Assembly (NCBI GenBank): GCA_051362555.1
Contig: CM120640.1
Location: forward strand, 29,779,967 to 29,843,966
Source: Lingula anatina
Lineage: Eukaryota > Animalia > Brachiopoda
DNA: 64,000 nt
Reading direction: 5' to 3'
The translations under genes were made by a program, and so were the position numbers. How positions within the stretch are numbered: the stretch's first letter is position 1; each line of letters opens with the position of its first letter. The notes under the pieces are model-generated. The model made no database searches. It was not told the DNA's origin and worked only from the letters and a program-made list of their open reading frames with translations. Positions 49,573 to 62,600 of this stretch are shown one piece after another.

Positions 49573-51792
49573 GTGGTGGCAGAGCACAATGTGCAATAAC
49601 ACTTAAAATGTATCAAAATTACCATCATGAATATAAGTAAATGTTAACAATTTTGTCAATTATATTTAATTTCTTTTTAATTTTGAAATAAAAATCTGTG
49701 ATAAGCTCATCAGTTGACTGTGTCTCATGAAAAAGATTTTTATGGACAATAAATTTGAGAAAATTGAAAATGACACTGAAAAGACTGCAAAATGCGGTGC
49801 CTTAAAATAGTTAAACGTTAATAATTTTCACAAAACTTGTTCAATATTTGTGAAATTTCGAGAAATGATCCTTAACAATAACAAAAATCTGTGATAAGCT
49901 TAACAGTTGACAGTGTGTGATAGAATTGTAGTTGTTTGACATTTTGTATGCGAAGAGTGAGAATTATCTACAATATTTTTTTTTCAATTTCACAACATCT
50001 AATTAGACTCATATTAAACATCAAATATTATGATTTGAGTTTGTTTGTGTAAAAGGTGACAAATTACCCATTATTGTCCTCTGGAAAAGAATATATACCC
50101 ATTTAAGACATCTCCTTACTACCAATACCAGATGCAGATTCCTCCTTACAATCGGTTTCTGGAATAGGGTTTAGCACACCATTTGACAATGTCCTAAAGC
50201 TTGCTATATACCATCTATTGTACACATGGATGAGACATAGCATTGGTCTTGCTGTTGTCTTTTGCTGTCTGTTTTTTCTATAGGAATTAGCCCTGACCAG
50301 ACAGGAAGAATCAGTTCACTAAAAAAGCCATCACGCTGTACGAAAAAGGTCACCTGGAAAAAGAACAATATGTTTGATAAAAGTGAAAATTAAAATTCTA
50401 AAAATTGACAAATTTCCCACACTAAAATAGTTGAACAATAATTTTGATAAACTTAACCTAAAAAGTTGACTATGTCTAATAAAAAGGATATTTGGAGAAC
50501 ATATAAATTTGAGAAATACTGAAAATGACATTGAAAAGACCGCCAAATGCGGTGCTTTAAAATAGTTAAATGTTAATAATTTTCACAAATCTTGTCCAAT
50601 ATTTGTGAAATTTGGACAGATGATGCATAAAAATAATAAAAATCTGTGATAAGCTCATCAGTTGACTGTGTCTCATGAAAAACATTTTTTTTTTGCGACA
50701 ATAAATTTGAGAAAACTGAAAATAACACTGAAACGTCTGCCAAATTCCATAGCTTAAAATAGTTAAACGTTAATAATTTTCACAAATCTTGTCCAATATT
50801 TGTGAAATTTGGATAGATGATGCATAACAACAATAAAAATCTGTGATAAGCTCATCAGTTGACTGTGTCTCATGAAAAACATTTTTTTTTGCGACAATAA
50901 ATTTGAGAAAACTGAAAATGACATTGAAAAGACTGCCAAATTCCATGGCTTAAAATAGTTAAACGTTAATAATTTTCACAAATCTTGTCTAATATTTGTG
51001 AATTTTGGATAGATGATGCATAACAACAATAAAAATCTGTGATAAGCTCATCAGTTGACTGTGTCTCATGAAAAACATTTTTCGGAGCAAATAAATGTGA
51101 GAAAACTGAAAATGACACTGAAAAGACTGCCAAATTCCATGGTATAAAATAGTTAAACGTTAATAATTTTCACAAATCTTGTCTAATATTTGTGGAATTT
51201 GGATAGATGATGCATAACAACAATAAAAATCTGTGATAAGCTCATCAGTTGACTGTGTCTCATGAAAAAGATTTTTTTTGGACAATAAATTTGAGAAAAC
51301 TGACAATAACACTGAAACAACTGCCAAATTCTTTGGTTTAAAATAGTTAAACGTTAATAATTTTTTCAAATCTTGTCTAATATTTGTGAAATTTGGATAG
51401 ATGATGCATAACAACAATAAAAATCTGTGATAAGCTCATCAGTTGACTGTGTATCATTAAAAATATTTTTTTGGACAATAAATTTGAGAAAATTGAAAAT
51501 GACACTGAAAAGACTGCAAAATGCGGTGCCTTAAAATAGTTAAAAGTTAATAATTTTCACAAAACTTGCTCAATATTTGTGAAATTTGAAGAGATGATCC
51601 TTAACAAAAACAAATATCTCTGATAAGCTTAACAGTTAACAGTGTGTGATAGAATTGTAGTTGTTTGACATTTTGTATGCGAAGAGTGGGAATTATCTAC
51701 ATTATTTTTTTTTCAATTTCACAACATCTAATTAGAGTCACATTAAACATCAAATATTATGATTTGAGTTTGTGTAAGAGGTGACAAATTAC

Positions 51793-52078
51793 CCATAATT
51801 TTCCTCTGGAAAAGAACATATACCCATGTAAGACATCTCCCTACTACCAATACCAGATGCAGATTCCTCCTTACAATCGGTTTCTTGAATAGGGTTTAGC
51901 ACACCATTTGACAATGTCCTAAAGCTTGCCATATGCCATCTATTGTACACATGGATGAGACATAGCATTGGTCTTGCTGTTCTCTTTCGCTGTCTGTTTT
52001 TTCTATAGGAATTAGCCCTGACCAGACAGGAAGAATCAGTTCACCAAAAAAGCCATCACGCTGTATGGAAAAGGTCAC
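51793..52078 (-). other. Exon-like cassette; other copies at 50068-50353, 53858-54143, 55389-55674, 58296-58581, 60021-60306, 61550-61835 and 63275-63560
   Basis: Minus-strand acceptor TTCTTTTTCCAG| and donor TGG|GTAATT bound a 286-nt, GC-richer block; phase 0 is open for 60 codons (VTFSIQRDGFF...CTIDGIWQALGHCQMVC*). Confidence 0.4.
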
Positions 52079-53274
52079 CTGGAAAAAGAACAATATGTTT
52101 GATAAAAGTGAAAATTAAAATTCTAAAAATTGACAAATTTCCCACACTAAAATAGTTGAACAATAATTTTGATAAACTTAACCTAAAAAGTTGACTATGT
52201 CTAATAAAAAGGATATTTGGAGAACATATAAATTTGAGAAATACTGAAAATGACATTGAAAAGACTGCCAAATGCGGTGCTTTAAAATAGTTAAATGTTA
52301 ATAATTTTCACAAATCTTGTCCAATATTTGTGAAATTTGGACAGATGATGCATAACAATAATAAAAATCTGTGATAAGCTCATCAGTTGACTGTGTCTCA
52401 TGAAAAACAATTTTTTTTGCGACAATAAATTTGAGAAAACTGAAAATAACACTGAAACGTCTGCCAAATTATATAGCTTAAAATAGTTAAACGTTAATAA
52501 TTTTCACAAATCCTGTCTAATATTTGTGAAATTTGGATAGATGATGCATAACAACAATAAAAATCTGTGATAAGCTCATCAGTTGACTGTGTCTCATGAA
52601 AAACATTTTTTTTTTGGACAATAAATTTGAGAAAACTGAAAATGACATTGAAAAGACTGCCAAATTCCATGGCTTAAAATAGTTAAACGTTAATAATTTT
52701 CACAAATCTTGTCAAATATTTGTGAATTTTGGATAGATGATGCATAACAACAATAAAAATCTGTGATAAGCTCATCAGTTGACTGTGTCTCATGAAAAAC
52801 ATTTTTCGGAGCAAATAAATGTGAGAAAACTGAAAATGACACTGAAAAGACTGCCAAATTCCATGGTATAAAATAGTTAAACGTTAATATTTTTCACAAA
52901 TCTTGTCTAATATTTGTGGAATTTGGATAGATGATGCATAACAACAATAAAAATCTGTGATAACCTCATCAGTTGACTGTGTCTCATGAAAAAGATTTTT
53001 TTTGGACAATAAATTTGAGAAAACTGACAATAACACTGAAACAACTGCCAAATTCTATGGTTTAAAATAGTTAAACGTTAATAATTTTCACAAATCTTGT
53101 CTAATATTTGTGAAATTTGGATAGATGATGCATAACAACAATAAAAATCTGTGATAACCTCATCAGTTGACTGTGTATCATTGAAAATATTTTTTTGGAC
53201 AATAAATTTGAGAAAATTGAAAATGACACTGAAAAGACTGCAAAATGCGGTGCCTTAAAATAGTTAAACGTTAA

Positions 53275-53611
53275 AGGTATAATAACTCTTCGTTTTGGCC
53301 AAAAAATGAATTTTCCTGGAGTAAACAACAATTTTCCCATACTTACCAATGGTTTATGAATCCATTTTTACATTCAAAGTTAGTCCCTGGTTTTTTTCTA
53401 AAAAGTTTGTTTTTTTGTTAAAATCTCTTAAGAGATTATAACAGAGTACAGCCATCAATGAAGGTCACGTGATCTGAAGACAAATTCAGATATCAGAATA
53501 ATAGCTATAATTGCCGTTTTTGTGGTAAAACAGAATTTATTATATTTCTATGAGTTGTTCACAATGTTTTTATTGTGAAATATAGATATCGTACGAAGAG
53601 TTATTATCCCT
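53275..53611 (+). mobile_element. Kolobok-like MITE inserted in one satellite monomer
   Basis: 19-bp TIR AGGkATAATAACTCTTCGT, TTAA TSD; 337+4 bp accounts for the 2065 versus 1725 period. Confidence 0.9.
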
Positions 53612-56600
53612 TTAATAATTTTCACAAAACTTGCTCAATATTTGTGAAATTTGAAGAGATGATCCTTAACAAAAACAAATATCTGTGATAAGCTTAACAG
53701 TTAACAGTGTGTGATAGAATTGTAGTTGTTTGACATTTTGTATGCGAAGAGTGGGAATTATCTACAATATTTTTTTTTCAATTTCACAACATCTAATTTG
53801 ACTCACATTAAACATCAAATATTATGATTTGAGTTTGTGTAAGAGGTGACAAATTACCCATAATTTTCCTCTGGAAAAGAACATATACCCATGTAAGACA
53901 TCTCCTTACTACCAATACCAGATGCAGATTCCTCCTTACAATCGGTTTCTTGAATAGGGTTTAGCACACCATTTGACAATGTCCTAAAGCTTGCCATATG
54001 CCATCTATTGTACACATGGATGAGACATAGCATTGGTCTTGCTGTTCTCTTTCGCTGTCTGTTTTTTCTATAGGAATTAGCCCTGACCAGACAGGAAGAA
54101 TCAGTTCACCAAAAAAGCCATCACGCTGTATGGAAAAGGTCACCTGGAAAAAGAACAATATGTTTGATAAAAGTGAAAATTAAAATTCTAAAAATTGACA
54201 AATTTCCCAAACTAAAATAGTTGAACAATAATTTTGATAAACTTAACCTAAAAAGTTGACTATGTCTAATAAAAAGGATATTTGGAGAACATATAAATTT
54301 GAGAAATACTGAAAATGACATTGAAAAGACTGCCAAATGCGGTGCTTTAAAATAGTTAAATGTTAATAATTTTCACAAATCTTGTCCAATATTTGTGAAA
54401 TTTGGACAGATGATGCATAACAATAATAAAAATCTGTGATAAGCTCATCAGTTGACTGTGTCTCATGAAAAACATTTTTTTTTTTGCGACAATAAATTTG
54501 AGAAAACTGAAAATGACATTGAAAAGACTGCCAAATTCCATGGCTTAAAATAGTTAAACGTTAATAATTTTCACAAATCTTGTCTAATATTTGAGAAATT
54601 TGGATAGATGATGCATAACAACAATAAAAATCTGTGATAAGCTCATCAGTTGACCGTGTCTCATGAAAAATATTTTTTTGGACAATAAATTTGAGAAAAC
54701 TGAAAATGACATTGAAAAGACTGCCAAATTCCATGGCTTAAAATAGTTAAACGTTAATAATTTTCACAAATCTTGTCTAATATTTGTGAATTTTGGATAG
54801 ATGATGCATAACAACAATAAAAATCTGTGATAAGCTCATCAGTTGACTGTGTCTCATGAAAAAGATTTTTTTTTGGACAATAAATTTGAGAAAACTGACA
54901 ATAACACTGAAACAACTGCCAAATTCTATGGTTTAAAATAGTTAAACGTTAATAATTTTCACAAATCTTGTCTAATATTTGTGAAATTTGGATAGATGAT
55001 GCATAACAACAATAAAAATCTGTGATAAGCTCATCAGTTGACTGTGTCTCATTAAAAATATTTTTTTGGACAATAAATTTGAGGAAATTGAAAATGACAC
55101 TGAAAAGACTGCAAAATGCGGTGCCTTAAAATAGTTAAACGTTAATAATTTTCACAAAACTTGCTCAATATTTGTGAAATTTGAAGAGATGATCCTTAAC
55201 AAAAACAAATATCTGTGATAAGCTTAACAGTTAACAGTGTGTGATAGAATTGTAGTTGTTTGACATTTTGTATGCGAAGAGTGGGAATTATCTACAATAT
55301 TTTTTTTTTCAATTTCACAACATCTAATTAGACTCACATTAAACATCAAATATTATGATTTGAGTTTGTGTAAGAGGTGACAAATTACCCATAATTTTCC
55401 TCTGGAAAAGAACATATACCCATGTAAGACATCTCCTTACTACCAATACCAGATGCAGATTCCTCCTTACAATCGGTTTCTTGAATAGGGTTTAGCACAC
55501 CATTTGACAATGTCCTAAAGCTTGCCATATACCATCTATTGTACACATGGATGAGACATAGCATTGGTCTTGCTGTTGTCTTTCGCTGTCTGTTTTTTCT
55601 ATAGGAATTAGCCCTGACCAGACAGGAAGAATCAGTTCATCAAAAAAGCCATCATGCTGTATGGAAAAGGTCACCTGGAAAAAGAACAATATGTTTGATA
55701 AAAGTGAAAATTAAAATTCTAAAAATTGACAAATTTCCCACACTAAAATAGTTGAACAATAATTTTGATAAACTTAACCTAAAAAGTTGACTATGTCTAA
55801 TAAAAAGAATATTTGGAGAACATATAAATTTGAGAAATACTGAAAATGACATTGAAAAGACTGCCAAATGCGGTGCTTTAAAATAGTTAAATGTTAATAA
55901 TTTTCACAAATCTTGTCCAATATTTGTGAAATTTGGACAGATGATGCATAACAATAATAAAAATCTGTGATATGCTCATCAGTTGACTGTGTCTCATGAA
56001 AAACATTTTTTTTTGCGACAATAAATTTGAGAAAACTGAAAATAACACTGAAACGTCTGCCAAATTCCATAGCTTAAAATAGTTAAACGTTACTAATTTT
56101 CACAAATCTTGTCTAATATTTGTGAAATTTGGATAGATGATGCATAACAACAATAATAATCTGTGATAAGCTCATCAGTTGACTGTGTCTCATGAAAAAG
56201 ATTTTTTTTGGACAATAAATTTGAGAAAACTGACAATAACACTGAAACAACTGCCAAATTCCATAGCTTAAAATAGTTAAACGTTAATAATTTTCACAAA
56301 TCTTGTCTAATATTTGTGAAATTTGGATAGATGATGCATAACAACAATAAAAATCTGTGATAAGCTCATCAGTTGACTGTGTCTCATGAAAAATATTTTT
56401 TTGGACAATAAATTTGAGAAAACTGAAAATGACATTGAAAAGACTGCCAAATTCCATGGTATAAAATAGTTAAACGTTAATATTTTTCACAAATCTTGTC
56501 TAATATTTGTGAAATTTGGATAGATGATGCATAACAACAATAAAAATCTGTGATAAGCTCATCAGTTGACTGTGTCTCATGAAAAACATTTTTTTTTTGC

Positions 56601-59600
56601 GACAATAAATTTTCGGAGCAAATAAATGTGAGAAAACTGAAAATGACATTGAAAAGACTGCCAAATTCCATGGCTTAAAATAGTTAAACGTTAATAATTT
56701 TCACAAATCTTGTCTAATATTTGTGAAATTTGGATAGATGATGCATAACAACAATAAAAATCTGTGATAAGCTCATCAGTTGACTGTGTCTCATGAAAAA
56801 TATTTTTTTGGACAATAAATTTGAGAAAACTGAAAATGACATTGAAAAGACTGCCAAATTTCATGGTATAAAATAGTTAAACGTTAATATTTTTCACAAA
56901 TCTTGTCTAATATTTGTGGAATTTGGATAGATGATGCATAACAACAATAAAAATCTGTGATAAGCTCATCAGTTGACTGTGTCTCATGAAAAATATTTTT
57001 TTGGACAATAAATTTGAGAAAACTGAAAATGACATTGAAAAGACTGCCAAATTCCATGGCTTAAAATAGTTAAACGTTAATAATTTTCACAAATCTTGTC
57101 AAATATTTGTGAATTTTGGATAGATGATGCATAACAACAATAAAAATCTGTGATAAGCTCATCAGTTGACTGTGTCTCATGAAAAACATTTTTCGGAGCA
57201 AATAAATGTGAGAAAACTGAAAATGACACTGAAAAGACTGCCAAATTCCATGGTATAAAATAGTTAAACGTTAATATTTTTCACAAATCTTGTCTAATAT
57301 TTGTGGAATTTGGATAGATGATGCATAACAACAATAAAAATCTGTGATAAGCTCATCAGTTGACTGTGTCTCATGAAAAAGATTTTTTTTGGACAATAAA
57401 TTTGAGAAAACTGACAATAACACTGAAACAACTGCCAAATTCTATGGTTTAAAATAGTTAAACGTTAATAATTTTCACAAATCTTGTCTAATATTTGTGA
57501 AATTTGGATAGATGATGCATAACAACAATAAAAATCTGTGATAAGCTCATCAGTTGACTGTGTCTCATTAAAAATATTTTTTTGGACAATAAATTTGAGA
57601 AAACTGAAAATGACATTGAAAAGACTGCCAAATTCCATGGCTTAAAATAGTTAAACGTTAATAATTTTCACAAATCTTGTCAAATATTTGTGAATTTTGG
57701 ATAGATGATGCATAACAACAATAAAAATCTGTGATAAGCTCATCAGTTGACTGTGTCTCATGAAAAACATTTTTCGGAGCAAATAAATGTGAGAAAACTG
57801 AAAATGACACTGAAAAGACTGCCAAATTCCATGGTATAAAATAGTTAAACGTTAATATTTTTCACAAATCTTGTCTAATATTTGTGAAATTTGGATAGAT
57901 GATGCATAACAACAATAAAAATCTGTGATAAGCTCATCAGTTGACTGTGTCTCATTAAAAATATTTTTTTGGACAATAAATTTGAGAAAATTGAAAATGA
58001 CATTGAAAAGACTGCAAAATGCGGTGCCTTAAAATAGTTAAACGTTAATAATTTTCACAAAACTTGCTCAATATTTGTGAAATTTGAAGAGATGATCCTT
58101 AACAAAAACAAATATCTGTGATAAGCTTAACAGTTTACAGTGTGTGATAGAATTGTAGTTGTTTGACATTTTGTATGCGAAGAGTGAGAATTATCTACAA
58201 TATTTTTTTTTTCAATTTCACAACATCTAATTAGACTCACATTATAAATCAAATATTATGATTTGAGTTTGTTTGTGTAAGAGGTGACAAATTACCCATA
58301 ATTTTCCTCTGGAAAAGAACATATACCCATGTAAGACATCTCCTTACTACCAATACCAGATGCAGATTCCTCCTTACAATCGGTTTCTTGAATAGGGTTT
58401 AGCACACCATTTGACAATGTCCTAAAGCTTGCCATATACCATCTATTGTACACATGGATGAGACATAGCATTGGTCTTGCTGTTGTCTTTCGCTGTCTGT
58501 TTTTTCTATAGGAATTAGCCCTGACCAGACAGGAAGAATCAGTTCACCAAAAAAGCCATCACGCTGTATGGAAAAGATCAACTGGAAAAAGAACAATATG
58601 TTTGATAAAAGTGAAAATTAAAATTCTAAAAATTGACAAATTTCCCACACTAAAATAGTTGAACAATAATTTTGATAAACTTAACCTAAAAAGTTGACTA
58701 TGTCTAATAAAAAGGATATTTGGAGAACATATAAATTTGAGAAATACTGAAAATGACAATGAAAAGACTGCCAAATGCGGTGCTTTAAAATAGTTAAATG
58801 TTAATAATTTTCACAAATCTTGTCCAATATTTGTGAAATTTGGACAGATGATGCATAACAACAATAAAAATCTGTGATAAGCTCATCAGTTGACTGTGTC
58901 TCATGAAAAACATTTTTTGTTGCGACAATAAATTTGAGAAAACTGAAAATAACACTGAAACGTCTGCCAAATTCCATAGCTTAAAATAGTTAAACGTTAA
59001 TTATTTTCACAAATCTTGTCTAATATTTGTGAAATTTGGATAGATGATGCATAACAACAATAAAAATCTGTGATAAGCTCATCAGTTGACTGTGTCTCAT
59101 GAAAAATATTTTTTTAGACAATAAATTTGAGAAAACTGAAAATGACATTGAAAGGACTGCCAAATTCCATGGCTTAAAATAGTTAAACGTTAATAATTTT
59201 CACAAATCTTGTCAAATATTTGTGAATTTTGGATAGATGTTGCATAACAACAATAAAAATCTGTGATAAGCTCATCAGTTGACTGTGTCTCATGAAAAAC
59301 ATTTTTCGGAGCAAATAAATGTGAGAAAACTGAAAATGACACTGAAAAGACTGCCAAATTCCATGGTATAAAATAGTTAAACGTTAATATTTTTCACAAA
59401 TCTTGTCTAATATTTGTGGAATTTGGATAGATGATGCATAACAACAATAAAAATCTGTGATAAGCTCATCAGTTGACTGTGTCTCATGAAAAAGATTATT
59501 TATGGACAATAAATTTGAGAAAACTGACAATAACACTGAAACAACTGCCAAATTCTATGGTTTAAAATAGTTAAACGTTAATAATTTTCACAAATCTTGT

Positions 59601-62600
59601 CTAATATTTGTGAAATTTGGATAGATGATGCATAACAACAATAAAAATCTGTGATAAGCTCATCAGTTGACTGTGTCTCATTAAAAATATTTTTTTGGAC
59701 AATAAATTTGAGAAAATTGAAAATGACACTGAAAAGACTGCAAAATACGGTGCCTTAAAATAGTTAAACGTTAATAATTTTCACAAAACTTGCTCAATAT
59801 TTGTGAAATTTGAAGAGATGATCCTTAACAAAAACAAATATCTGTGATAAGCTTAACAGTTAACAGTGTGTGATAGAATTGTAGTTGTTTGACATTTTGT
59901 ATGCGAAGAGTGGGAATTATCTACAATATTTTTTTTTCAATTTCACAACATCTAATTAGACTCACATTAAACATCAAATATTATGATTTGAGTTTGTTTG
60001 TGTAAGAGGTGACAAATTACCCATAATTTTCCTCTGGAAAAGAACATATACCCATGTAAGACATCTCCTTACTACCAATACCAGATGCAGATTCCTCCTT
60101 ACAATCGGTTTCTTACATAGGGTTTAGCACACCAATTGACAATGTCCTAAAGCTTGCCATATACCATCTATTGTACACATGGATGAGACATAGCATTGGT
60201 CTTGCTGTTGTCTTTCGCTGTCTGTTTTTTCTATAGGAATTAGCCCTGACCAGACAGGAAGAATCAGTTCACCAAAAAAGCCATCACGCTGTATGGAAAA
60301 GGTCACCTGGAAAAAGAACAATATGTTTGATAAAAGTGAAAATTAAAATTCTAAAAATTGACAAATTTCCCACACTAAAATAGTTGAACAATAATTTTGA
60401 TAAACTTAACCTAAAAAGTTGACTATGTCTAATAAAAAGGATATTTGGAGAACATATAAATTTGAGAAATACTGAAAATGACATTGAAAAGACTGCCAAA
60501 TGCGGTGCTTTAAAATGGTTAAATGTTAATAATTTTCACAAATCTTGTCCAATATTTGTGAAATTTGGACAGATGATGCATAACAATAATAAAAATCTGT
60601 GATAAGCTCATCAGTTGACTGTGTCTCATGAAAAATATTTTTTTGGACAATAAATTTGAGAAAACTGAAAATGACATTGAAAAGACTGCCAAATTCCATG
60701 GCTTAAAATAGTTAAACGTTAATAATTTTCACAAATCTTGTCAAATATTTGTGAATTTTGGATAGATGTTGCATAACAACAATAAAAATCTGTGATAAGC
60801 TCATCAGTTGACTGTGTCTCATGAAAAACATTTTTCGGAGCAAATAAATGTGAGAAAACTGAAAATGACACTGAAAAGACTGCCAAATTCCATGGTATAA
60901 AATAGTTAAACGTTAATATTTTTCACAAATCTTGTCTAATATTTGTGGAATTTGGATAGATGATGCATAACAACAATAAAAATCTGTGATAAGCTCATCA
61001 ATTGACTGTGTCTCATGAAAAAGATTATTTTTGGACAATAAATTTGAGAAAACTGACAATAACACTGAAACAACTGCCAAATTCCATGGTATAAAATAGT
61101 TAAACGTTAATATTTTTCACAAATCTTGTCTAATATTTGTGGAATTTGGATAGATGATGCATAACAACAATAAAAATCTGTGATAAGCTCATCAGTTGAC
61201 TGTGTCTCATTAAAAATATTTTTTTGGACAATAAATTTGAGAAAATTGAAAATGACACTGAAAAGACTGCAAAATACGGTGCCTTAAAATAGTTAAACGT
61301 TAATAATTTTCACAAAACTTGCTCAATATTTGTGAAATTTGAAGAGATGATCCTTAACAAAAACAAATATCTGTGATAAGCTTAACAGTTAACAGTGTGT
61401 GATAGAATTGTAGTTGTTTGACATTTTGTATGCGAAGAGTGGAAATTATCTACAATATTTTTTTTTCAATTTCACAACATCTAATTAGACTCACATTAAA
61501 CATCAAATATTATGATTTGAGTTTGTTTGTGTAAGAGGTGACAAATTACCCATAATTTTCCTCTGGAAAAGAACATATACCCATGTAAGACATCTCCTTA
61601 CTACCAATACCAGATGCAGATTCCTCCTTACAATCGGTTTCTTGAATAGGGTTTAGCACACCATTTGACAATGTCCTAAAGCTTGCCATATACCATCTAT
61701 TGTACACATGGATGAGACATAGCATTGGTCTTGCTGTTCTCTTTCGCTGTCTGTTTTTTCTATAGGAATTAGCCCTGACCAGACAGGAAGAATCAGTTCA
61801 CCAAAAAAGCCATCACGCTGTATGGAAAAGGTCACCTGGAAAAAGAACAATATGTTTGATAAAAGTGAAAATTAAAATTCTAACAATTGACAAATTTCCC
61901 AAACTAAAATAGTTGAACAATAATTTTGATAAACTTAACCTAAAAAGTTGACTATGTCTAATAAAAAGGATATTTGGAGAACATATAAATTTGAGAAATA
62001 CTGAAAATGACATTGAAAAGACTGCCAAATGCGGTGCTTTAAAATAGTTAAATGTTAATAATTTTCACAAATCTTGTCCAATATTTGTGAAATTTGGACA
62101 GATGATGCATAACAATAATAAAAATCTGTGATAAGCTCATCAGTTGACTGTGTCTCATGAAAAACATTTTTTTTTTTGGACAATAAATTTGAGAAAACTG
62201 AAAATGACATTGAAAAGACTGCCAAATTCCATGGCTTAAAATAGTTAAACGTTAATAATTTTCACAAATCTTGTCAAATATTTGTGAATTTTGGATAGAT
62301 GATGCATAACAACAATAAAAATCTGTGATAAGCTCATCAGTTGACTGTGTCTCATGAAAAACATTTTTCGGAGCAAATAAATGTGAGAAAACTGAAAATG
62401 ACACTGAAAAGACTGCCAAATTCCATGGTATAAAATAGTTAAACGTTAATATTTTTCACAAATCTTGTCTAATATTTGTGGAATTTGGATAGATGATGCA
62501 TAACAACAATAAAAATCTGTGATAACCTCATCAGTTGACTGTGTCTCATGAAAAAGATTTTTTTTGGACAATAAATTTGAGAAAACTGAAAATGACATTG

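Noticed and set aside
51793-52078. Two in-frame TGA codons as selenocysteine, or VRRNLHLVL as a dynein AAA4 motif
   Set aside because: No SECIS or redox motif is visible, and the flanking residues do not fit dynein; chance resemblance is likely.
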